Shown piece by piece: positions 41,570 through 52,085 of a stretch of DNA of 64,000 bases. Position 1 is the stretch's first letter; each line of letters opens with the position of its first letter. The notes under the pieces were generated by a model that saw only the letters and a list, made by a program, of their open reading frames with translations, searched no databases and had not been told where the DNA came from. Both the position numbers and the translations under genes were made by a program. Origin of the DNA: Vicugna vicugna (Eukaryota); assembly GCA_013265495.1 (NCBI GenBank), contig MU058337.1, forward strand, positions 5,312,716-5,376,715, written 5' to 3'.

Positions 41570-41750
41570 ACTGAGATCTAATATATAGTAATCAGCATAA
41601 TGGGGAGGAAATACCTACTTTAAAGTCTTGTAGGGAGAATGTTTGGGTAGTTACATGCAGAACATCAGTAGGGAAGAAAGGGCCTGATACCTAGCAAGTG
41701 CTCAATTAATGCAAGCGATTACCCGTGTTCTTTTATTATTATTATTCGAT
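41570..41750 (+). mobile_element. MIR 3' part
   Basis: aatggggaggaaatacctact...gggcctgatacctagcaagtgctcaattaatgcaagcgatta. Confidence 0.55.
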
Positions 41751-41901
41751 TAAGTTTGCAGCAGTAAAATGAACAAAATTGGAATGACTCATGTTCTAAA
41801 TATAAACCCATAAGGAGACAAATCTTTGATAACATTAAAAAATGTGAAAAGCTGCAGACATCAAGTTAGAGTTCTCAGTGTTTCACAGTAAGTGTCTCTG
41901 A

Positions 41902-42186
<285 letters not shown>

Positions 42187-42660
42187 TGAATTTCTGGTGA
42201 ATGAATACACACAGGTAATAGCAGGTCAGCGGCAGTGAGTCAACGAAGAGTTTTGTTGTCACCTTAAGCCTTATGACACTGTTCTTCTACAAAGGCCTGA
42301 ACTGTTTGGGGCAGACAGCTAAGATCACGGTTCGCTGTCTTGAGTCCCTCACATAGTTCCTGGGAAGGAAATACCTTTAATACGAGGGCTTTTGTTCTGC
42401 GTCTGCAAGCATTGCAAGCAATGAGAGAGAACAAAGACGCTTCCTTGACAAAATGCAGCTGCAGCAAACAGGAGGCGATGGGCTTGCAGGGGGCCCGGGT
42501 CCTGGCAGGTCACCAGAGGATGAACCTGTGAACCTTTTGGACTTGTCTGCTCTGAGCTCCCCGCAAAAGCCTAATCAACTCCTTTTCTTTGGTGGCCAAA
42601 ACCGGCCTCTTCTCCTGCTTTGTCCTCCTTCTCTGCCCCTCCAAATAGCAGTAACTCATT

Positions 42661-42701
42661 CAAAACAATGTCACATTAACAAAACAATGTCACATTAACA
42701 A
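42661..42701. repeat. Perfect 19-bp tandem duplication
   Basis: caaaacaatgtcacattaa occurs twice (42661-42679, 42680-42698), then caa. Confidence 0.95.
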
Positions 42702-42772
42702 TGGCGAGAACTCCCATGTTGGGAGCAGAGGACTGATTCTTCCTCCTGGAGAATTTTACTTTCTTCACCCCC

Positions 42773-42870
42773 TTTATTTATTTTTTTAATGGAGATACCG
42801 GGGATTGAACCCAGGACCTCCTGCATGCTAAGCATGCGCTCTACCACTGAGCTATACCCTCCCCTCCCCC
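42773..42870 (-). mobile_element. tRNA-Ala-derived SINE (Vic-1-like, short form) with TSD
   Basis: Minus strand reads GAGGGTATAGCTCAGTGGTAGAGCGCATGCTTAGCATGCAGGAGGTCCTGGGTTCAATCCCCGGTATCTCCA plus an A-rich tail. TSD tcttcaccc at 42762-42770 and 42873-42881. Confidence 0.9.
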
Positions 42871-43369
42871 AGTCTTCACCCTCTTTTTGTTTTCAGTTGC
42901 AAATGATCTTCCCACAAAAAGGCTGCTATTTATAGTTTTTCATATGCCCTCCTCCTATAATTTGGGGAAGGGCTGTTCATCTGCTTTGGGATGAGAACAC
43001 CCCTTCTGTCTTTCTTTTGGATCTTTCTCCAGGTGAGAACTCGTGCATTTTGAGGACTGGTGCCGAAGAAGCAAAATATTGTCCCTGAACCATTACTGTG
43101 GCCATTAATCATGTAGCTATTTGTTTCTATCTGTTAAAGAGATGGAGCAGAAAAAGAGGAAGAGCTTACAGTGAATAATGATAATATTATTTTGTGCTTC
43201 TCTTTCTGTCATGGATTTGACGCTGACAGCGCCGCCCATAATTCAGCTACTACAACACCTCTGCTGCTCCTCCTGCTGTAAAAGCAGTAACAATGCTTGC
43301 AGTAGCAGCTTCTTGCCTAAAAAGTGCTTTGACTTACATTATTAATTAATCCAGCAACTGATACTTACT

Positions 43370-43640
43370 GACGCAAAGATAGTCCCGAATAAGACAATCA
43401 GGACCTCCCCCCTGGAGCTTACAGGGTCCTTCAGGGTGTGGGAATAAAAACCAACATCCAGCTAGCAGTTACAGGTGTGATGGGTGTTTTGAAGAATTAA
43501 CACAGGATGCTATGAGAGAGTGTAACCTGTGAGTCCTTTCTCCTCATCTGAGAGATCAGGGGAAGTCCTCCTGAGGTGGTGGTATTTAAACCGTGACCAA
43601 GAGAATGAGGCAGGGAGCGAGTAAGGATGAGGCTCAGTAC
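43370..43640 (-). mobile_element. LINE-2 fragment
   Basis: gaataagacaatcaggacctccccctggagcttaca; gatcaggggaagtcctcctgaggtggtggtatttaaaccgtgacc. Confidence 0.6.
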
Positions 43641-44589
43641 AGCCCTGTGGTGTAGACAGACCGGCATGCTCTGTTGGCCTTTTGTAGACAAGAAAGTGGA
43701 GATGCAGAGGGCCATGCGAGCCTCCTGAAGGTGCACCTCAACCAAAAGGAGGAGCCAGGACTTGTATCTGGATCTTCTGGTTCCTAGTCCTGTGCTCCAT
43801 CCAGCTGAAAAAAATATGCCAAGGAAACATCAGTTTGTAACAGAAATAAAGTATCAGGCCTACGAGGAGTACCAAATCAGAGTCTTGCTGGGCCCCAAAT
43901 GCATTGCTTAAAAATCTAGTAAATGCTGGTTAATAGATGCCTCAAGGTGAAATCTGGAATTAGGAAGCAAGCCTCTGTATCACAAAGGTTTGAGATGGCA
44001 AGAGATGGATGGCAAGGACGGTGTGATGGAGGGGACAGCACAGAGCAGAGGGAAATAAAGGTCGGCAGAGGGGTAGATGTGGCGTCCGGGAGACAAGTGT
44101 TAGACACGTGTCGTGGGTGTGGCTGCTGCCCGATACGTTGTGTGAATGATGATACGTGTGGTTTGAAATAATGAAAAGGACAGATAGCTCACTGTGTGGT
44201 CCCATTCAGCTTAGTGCCCCATGTTTGGTCCTAACTCAAGCTTTCTGGAAGGAGCCGATTTGAAAGATCAGGGATGAAAAATGGGATGGCCAAGAGATCC
44301 AACTGTTTTTGGTGGGCAGGACATGAGCTGAGACTAAAGAGAGTACATTTCCGTGTCTGAGTGAAAGATGAATTAATTGTTAATTAACTTATTGAAAGAG
44401 AAACAAAATAATTGAAAGAAAAAGTATTGAAGATAAAATGGTCATGAAATACACAACTGGGCTTCTGCTAATGATTAATGCCGTTTAAAACCTTGGTAAC
44501 AGGAAAATTTTCATCTGAACCATCCACTCACTCACTGCCTTGGATATAATGATATCTCACTCAGAGACAAACAGTAGCATATATCACTT

Positions 44590-45086
44590 CTTTTTGTTTT
44601 TATTCTTTTGTTTGTTTGGTTTTTTAAATTGAAGTATGATCAATTTACAATGTTGTGCTAGTTTCTAGTGTACAGCAAGGTGATTCAGTTAAATTCTTTT
44701 TCAGATTCTTTTCCAATATACGTTATTACAAGATATTGAATAGTTCCCCATTCTCTACAGTAGGACCTTGCTGTTAATCTATTTTACATGTAGTAGTGCG
44801 TATTAGTTATTCACAAGCTCCTAATTTAACCCTTCCCCCACCCCTGCTTTCCCCTTTGGTAACCATCAGTTTGTTTCCTATGTCTGTGAATCTGTTTCCA
44901 TTTTGTAAGTAAGTTCATTTGTGTCATCTTTTTAGATTCATCATATAAGTGATATCATATTACATTTGTCTTTCTGTGTCTGACTTGCTTCACTAAGTAT
45001 GATAATCTCTAGGTCCATTCATGTTGCTGCAAATGGCATTATTTCACATTATTTTATTCTTTTTATGGCTGAGTAATATTCCATTG

Positions 45087-45117
<31 letters not shown>

Positions 45118-45680
45118 TGTGTGTGTGTGTGTGCGCACACCATATCTTCTCTATTGATTCATTTCTGTCGATGGACATTTAGGTTGCTTCCATGTCTTAG
45201 CTATTGTCAGTAGTGCTGCTATGAACATTGGGTTGCATGTATCTCTTCAGATTAGAGTTTTCTCCGGGTATATGCCCAGGAGTGGGATTGCTGGATTGTA
45301 TAGTAATTCTATTTTTAGTTTTTTAAGGAACCACCATACCATTCCACAGAGTGGCTGCACCAATTTACATTCCAACCAACAATGTAGGAGGGCTCCCTTT
45401 TCTCCACACCCTCCCCAGCATTTATTTGTAGACTTTTTGATGATTGCCATTCTGACAGGTGTGAGCTGATACCTCATTATAGTTTTGATTTGCATTTCCC
45501 TGATAATTAACGATGTTGAGCATCTTTTCATGTGCCTATTGGCCATCTGGATGTCTTCTTTGGAGAAATGTCTGTTTAGGTATCCTGCCCATTTTTTGAT
45601 TGTTTTGTTTTGTTGATGTTGTTATTGATCTGTATGAGCTGTCTGTATATTTTGGAAATTAAGCACTTGTCAGTTTCTCT
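44590..45680 (-). mobile_element. 5'-truncated LINE-1 (ORF2 C-terminus plus 3' UTR) containing a (TG)n tract
   Basis: ORF 45247-45546(-) [22 protein letters not shown]...LHCWLEC...[10 protein letters not shown], with a T-rich tail at the left end. Confidence 0.93.
45085..45133. repeat. (TG)n microsatellite, about 24 units, with one phase shift
   Basis: Read directly from the sequence. Confidence 0.95.
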
Positions 45681-45899
45681 TTTTATTTTTAAATGAGCAA
45701 AATTTACATTCTTCTAAAATGAATTTTAAACTGTAGAAATAAAATCGAAAGGAAGAGTTTGCTTTAAGTCCTTCCCATTTATCCTTCCTTATTCCTCTTC
45801 TCAGAGGTAACCTAGAGGTCTGTGTTAGGAGCCCAGAATTCTAAGACCCTTTACTCCTGAATTCATGCATTATATCTCTTCTATGAAATAACATTTCTG

Positions 45900-46220
45900 C
45901 CTCCAGGAGGCACTGTCATTTTCACAGAGCATCTCCTCTTTCTGGAACACCCTTCTCTCCCACTCGGAATTCAGAATTTAGCTCAAATGTCACTTTCTTA
46001 AGGAAGTCTTCCTGGTCCTCATAGAACAGATCAGGTCCTGCAGTTACATGTTCCCGTATCATCCTATACTTTTCTTTTGTATTTATCATAATTTTAATAA
46101 AATTAGTTAAAATGGTATAATTTGTTATTTAATGTCTATTTTTCTAACCAGAGAAAACTCCATGACATTAAGGACTATAATAGTCATGGTCAGCATGGGA
46201 AATACATAAATGTGTGTTTA
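45900..46220 (+). mobile_element. LINE-2 3' fragment
   Basis: ttctggaacaccc...agctcaaatgtcactttcttaaggaagtcttcctg...tttaatgtctattt...aaactccatga. Confidence 0.6.
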
Positions 46221-49200
46221 GGAATGTAGTTTCAGGAATAACATTGTTGAAAAGAACCAAACCCCATTCCTGCCTAACAAAAAAAGTGGGGTTTATTGGA
46301 ATGAAGCATTTGAACAACTGTAAGTAAATTGAGTTGGTAAGTTTGCCGTGATTGAAATAAATTAGAAAAATGAGTTCTCGACAATATCTGAGAGATGGCC
46401 GGAGGCCAGTGTCCCCATTTGGGTATTAGGAATTACTGATTTTTGTCTTGAGAGAGGAACTTGGTTTTAAATTTTGATCCCAAGTTTAAAAAACAGAAAT
46501 TTTATGCAAAACCTATATACCCCACTGCCTTTGTAAACTAGAAAGATCTGGCTACAAGGGCTCCCGCTGCCACGTGGTGTAATTGGCCGGGGCTGCCCGG
46601 CTGGGCGCAGTCTCTCCGTTTCCCCTGAGTCTCCCAGCGCTCCGTTTGTTCACCCCACAGCGCAGGAAACATGTGCTTTACTTACCCACGGGTTCATTCA
46701 GTTACTCTTCTCAGGTTGGCAGAATATTTCTCCTTGCCCGTGACTCTATGGAGGGAAAAGAAATAATAAACTCCTAAATGCCTAAATACATAAATACATA
46801 TACATGAATGCATGCACAAATGAATATATTGTTTGCAGACAGAAAGGAGACGTGAATGTGTTTCTTTGTAGAAGTGAAGGATGTCCCTGCGTGTTTGAAA
46901 CATGACTCTGGACCCGCTTTTTTGATTTATTTCACCTGCTGGTCTCAGGGGGCCTTTGTTTGGGTGGTCCTCGAAGTAAGTCAGAGTAGTGTGACTTTTT
47001 AGTTCACAAAGATGGTATAATAGTAAGAAGTGTGTGAATTTCCATTCCCAAAAAGTCTCCCCATAAATGTTACGTTTTCATAATTTCAAAATGTTAAAAT
47101 CCTAACTTAGCATAAATGGAGATTGGCTCAAATTCCCTTATAAATGAAGGACGTTTAAAAATCATCTCTGTTTCAGGTGGAATTGCTTTGCACTTGCTAA
47201 CTTTCTTCATGGCACTTTTTCTTGTATTTTTGCTTTCTTTTCTGCTTACTGTATCTTTCTCTAGTTTATTGATATGAGCATCTATCTGTCCTCTTCACCA
47301 ACTGCAATTAAGCAATTTAATAAAACCAGATTGACTGATGTGGCTTACCTTCCCCTACTAGTGTTAAACTAAATACACAATGTGACTGTGATTCTGGGTG
47401 TTGGTTGTGTAAAAGTTTATTGTTTTTCTCTTTCTCTCTTTGATGTATGTATGTATCCATATGTCTGAAAGACATATATGTATCTGAATGTATGTATGTA
47501 TGTATATTCACATTTTTACATTGCGTGAATAAATCTATTAGGATTTTATATATTCCAATGAGCAGAGGTTAGGATCTGGGCAGTAGGACCAATTTTTTTA
47601 TTGTTTCCCCACATTCCTATGCACACACACGTTTTGCCTTATTTCAAAGACTGCAGTATTTGTGGTGTTTCTTCTCCGCCTTTATCTGTGTTGATTGTGG
47701 ACACAGCAAATGAATGAGCGCCCTTGGAGATCTTCTTTTTCACAGAGTAATGGGCTTTCTAGAGCCATTTCATCAAGGAAAAATGGGTACCTTTGGCCTG
47801 CAATTTGAAATTCTACAAATTCCATTCTGTGTTCTGAGATGCAAATTATACATATAATTCTAGCTATAATTGTAATCATAATGGAAGTCACATGCAGGCA
47901 TGCAGGGAAAGGATTTAATTTGGTGCCCTTAGGGCGGTCCTCTCTGTGTTCGTAGTGAACGAGAAGACACGCGCTCTTACATGGAGTTGCACAACCACAA
48001 GTTCAGAGCAGGAGGCCAAGCAGGACCTTCTTGCTGACATGGTGGGTTCTGTGTGGTGAACTCTGATGCCACTTGTTGAAATTTTTAGCAAATTAACTTA
48101 ATGTTAGTGAAGTTAATTTTGCTAGGACATTTTTCATGCTTATTAGTGAAAGTCATACCATATTTAGTAAAGAAATCAGCCATGATCTAAATCTGTGCAG
48201 TTGCCAATAAACTCATTCCTAAGTTAAGGACAAAGAGGCGAATGTCCTGTTGCCCTTGAAACACGCCCCCACCCCCTGTCCTGCCTGGGCTGTGTCTCCC
48301 GACTTCCCTGTGCACTGCTGAGACGCTCGGTGTCTGGGGTCTCACCCCTTCCCGCCTTCGGTCCTGGCTACGGGAACAAGACGGCTGCAAGTGATGGGGA
48401 AACCTGCATAAGCCAAACACCACACCTGGTTTCCTTTCCCTTTTGTGCTACGACTGACCCAGCACACGACGGCTGACATGACCCCCCACCTCTCACGCCT
48501 GCCTCCCCGCCTGCAGGTGTCTCTACTTTGTTCTATGAAGTAATACCCAGTACAGCATCTCTCGAGGGACAGTAAGTCACCCTATGGTAGCCTCTTAGAG
48601 AACTGGCTCTGGAGACAGCATGGTTCAGCTCTGCTGCTTGATAGTTTGACCTTGGGCATGTTTCTGTAAGTTGGGAATAACAGATCCTTGCTTGGCTTGT
48701 GAGAATTGTTCGTGTCCTCGTCCAGAATTACTTGGTTCAGACCATCTGCTCACAGGGAGCACTTACTGCGAGTGTCGTCAGGCCTCCCGGGCGCCCACAC
48801 TTCCCTTGCCCTTCTCTCTTGATTGCTCGTCTTTGCTTCTGTCTGTGCGCTTGCCTCTGTTTCCTCCCCGAGAAGACTAGATTCGCTCTTTGTCTTGCGT
48901 ATCGCCCACATGTGGCGGATTGCAACTGAGTTTGGTGACCTCCCATTTAAGGGTTCTGAAGAGACTCACCAGGAAGCATCCCAAGGTGAGTGTGAAGCTG
49001 GGAGAGGTTTCATAGTAGGCCACCCAAAACGGGAGATTGGCCAGAGGCAGGAGGTCAAGGTCATGGGAGTTGAATGCAGGCAGCAGGGGTTTCCTACGGC
49101 ACAAACTCAGAGTCAGTTTACGTCTTAATCCCTCTGAAAACCGTGCCCCCATCTCTGTCTCTAGGAGCCACCCACTCCCTGGACCTAGTGGACAGGGGAC

Positions 49201-49571
49201 CTAACTCTGGCCGTAGGGAGCCGTGGGACTTGACCTCAGGAGTTACAACTCAGGGGTAACTCTCCCTACTAAACCGTCCAGTCTTACAGGACTTGCGAAG
49301 TCTATTAAGGGCTAAATAAGCTATTATGGTCTGACCTGAAGTTCAGATCACCTGTAAAATAGTTTCTTTTGAGAAACATCATGAGCTACTTATAACTGGT
49401 TTGTAAATTGGAGCCATTAGACAATATAATGTTCAGTCATTTCCTTGCATTAAAAATAGATTATAAGCTAATAGAGAAATGCAGAAAGAATACCTGTGTC
49501 TCCTCTCTTGGAAATAATAATAGCTACATTTCCTGACCACTCACCCTGTGTCAGGCACAGAGTCTTAGAAG

Positions 49572-50322
49572 CTAGGGGTTCTGATCACCAATTCCGTTGG
49601 GGTGGGGGTGGGGGAGGGGAGCGTTTTCCCACACCACCTAGCAAGTCTCTGACACCATTGGGTATCCTACAGTTCAACCCACAGGTTAAGGGCTCAGTCC
49701 TACAAGACTGCTCCCCCACCTCCCATTTCAGATGTCACCTGGGCTTCTGACCAACCAGCTCTAGTTGGAGGTTCCAGTGACCTCTGCTCAGGTTTGAATG
49801 ATTTGCTAGAACAGCTCACAGAACTCAGAGGAACATTGTACTTAACTAGAGTACCAGTTTATTATAAAACGCTGTCATCAGAGACAGCCAGATAGAACAT
49901 CCTGCACAGGACAAGATACGGGGAAAGGGCACAGAGCTTCCATGCTCTCCGATCGCCATTCTGCCAACACCTCCATGGGTTCACCAACCCGGAAACTCTC
50001 TGAACCTCGGCCTTTTGGGGTTTTAATGGAGGCTTCATTGCATGGGCGGAGTTGATTAAGTCATTCGCCAGCAGGGATTGATTCAGTCTCCAGCTCCTCT
50101 CCTCTCCCTGGACTTTCAGTCCCAACCCTCTAATCCTTTGTTGGTTCTTTGGTGACCAGATCATATCTTTAGGGGCTTTCCAAAATGCCCCACCTCATTA
50201 ACTTAGGAAAAGACCCCTTTATCCCTCTCATCATGCGAAATACCAAGGGTTTCAGAGCCCAGTGCCAGGGACCAGGACAATGACCAAATATGTGTTTCTC
50301 ATTATAAGTCAGAGTATCCCAG
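49572..50322 (-). mobile_element. MER21-family solo LTR (ERVL) inserted into a MIR
   Basis: cccacaggttaagggctcagtcctacaagactgctcccc; tttgctagaacagctcacagaactcagagg; gttgattaagtcattcgcca; ends accaaatatgtgtttctcattata. MIR halves lie at ~49512-49572 and ~50323-50470. Confidence 0.82.
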
Positions 50323-50499
50323 AAGTATTAAACTACCTAATGCTCATCACCCCATGAAGGCAGGCGCTATTATGATCTCTGCTTAACAAATGAGAAGCTT
50401 GAGGCACAGAGAGCCTAAGGAACTTGAAGATGGTCACACAGCTAGTGACCACGTGGGAGTTTCATCACACACAGCCTATGCTGTATTTTCACCCTTTTC

Positions 50500-51030
50500 A
50501 TTTTCATCAGTGTTTATTATGCTACTACAAAACTAAGCCACAGTCTGTCCATTTATTCCCTCATTCTTTCCCCTATTGGTGGTCACTGACCTTGGTTCTT
50601 TACTGTTTTGCTATTGCAGATATTCTAAGATTTTCTTGCCCATGACTTAAAAATTATCTGAGCATAGTTAGGAGAGCAGTTTCTGAGTGAAAGGATATGA
50701 AAAACCTTTTTCATAGGCTTTTTGAGATATTGCCTTATGACTCTCCAGATGGGAGTGTCACCTCTTACTCCTACCAGCAACTTGTATGAGTTCTCATTGG
50801 TTCACAACCTTGTCCACGCTTGATGTAATCAGCCTTTTACATTTGATGGTGTGAAATGATATGTTGTAATGTTACATCCAAACCTCCCTAATTCCAGCCT
50901 ATGAACTTTGAGCGTTTTTTCATACATGCATAGACCACTTACATTTTCCATAGATTGCTTATTCATGTCTGTTGTCCATTTACCTGTTGATTTTTCCAAA
51001 TGATTTTCAGAAATTCTGTGAGATTCTAAA
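50500..51030 (-). mobile_element. Old LINE-1 fragment (L1ME-like)
   Basis: ttactcctaccagcaacttgtatgagttctc; tttgagcgtttttcatacatg; ttgcttattcatgtctgttgtccattt. Confidence 0.6.
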
Positions 51031-51864
51031 GAGCACATCACTTCTACCTAAGAAAGCATTAAAATATTAGAAAGATATATCCAAAATATTAATGTTTAAC
51101 TTATATGCACATTTTACACTCCTACCTTCTTCAGGCAATAGTGTAATTCTTTTATGTGGAAGTACCAAAACCATTTAGAAATTTTCTTTAAGGGCGGGTC
51201 TCAGAAAAGTGAAAAGTTGTAATTGACTCTTTTAGCATCAACCTGTTACTTAGCTGTTTAAACTCAATTTTAGCATAGGCTCCAGCTGCATGAAGAGGTC
51301 ACCTGAATGCATGATAAATAGGACTTTGTTAAATTGGAACCTCGTTCCTGGGCTGCTGCTGTGACAAGCCGTGTTTCTCCTGCCTCTCGGGTAGGAGTTT
51401 GCATCCCTTGACAGTTTGACAGATGTGGCTGCAGTTTTGAGCTGTCTCCCAACACACACCCTGTGATGCATTATCTTGAAGAAAGTCACTGACAAGAAAA
51501 TGAAAGTATGCAAGAGGCCGGGCATGCTCGGGCTCAATTCCTTTCTGGTAACATCCCACCAGGTGCCTCCTTCTGCAAAGGACAGAGATAATGTAAGGTC
51601 CACAAGTAGGTCCAATTGTGGCAAAATGAGTACTATAGTGTTTTAATATTTTTGAGAAAATTGCCATTGAAAGTGAAGATCGAAGGGATGGACTCTGTGA
51701 TATGTGAATCTCGAGTGATGAAGTGACATCGTAGGCACTTCTTAAATGCCTGTCTTCTTAATGAACCTTCCCACAAACTGGCAGATAAATTCAAGAATTG
51801 ACTGAGTCTGTGAGAATTTAGGTTCCATCTACAAGCAGACCTCTTCTGCACTTACAGACCCCAG

Positions 51865-52085
51865 TGAGAAGGCGGTGTGGTCCAGCTAAGACACTATGGT
51901 CCGGGAGAACCTCGGACAATTTGCTGAGTCTCCCAGAGACTCAGTTTCCTGATCTGAGAAGTGAGGGTAATAACATGGCTCAGGGGTTGGTAAGACTTAG
52001 AAATGAGGCACATAAAATACCTAGTGCAGCGTGTGGGAGGCGGCGGGTCACTCAGTCCGTACAGACGACTGTCATTACTGTTAGC
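51865..52085 (+). mobile_element. MIR SINE
   Basis: acctcggacaatttgctgagtctcccagagactcagtttcctgatctgagaagtgagggtaataa. Confidence 0.72.
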
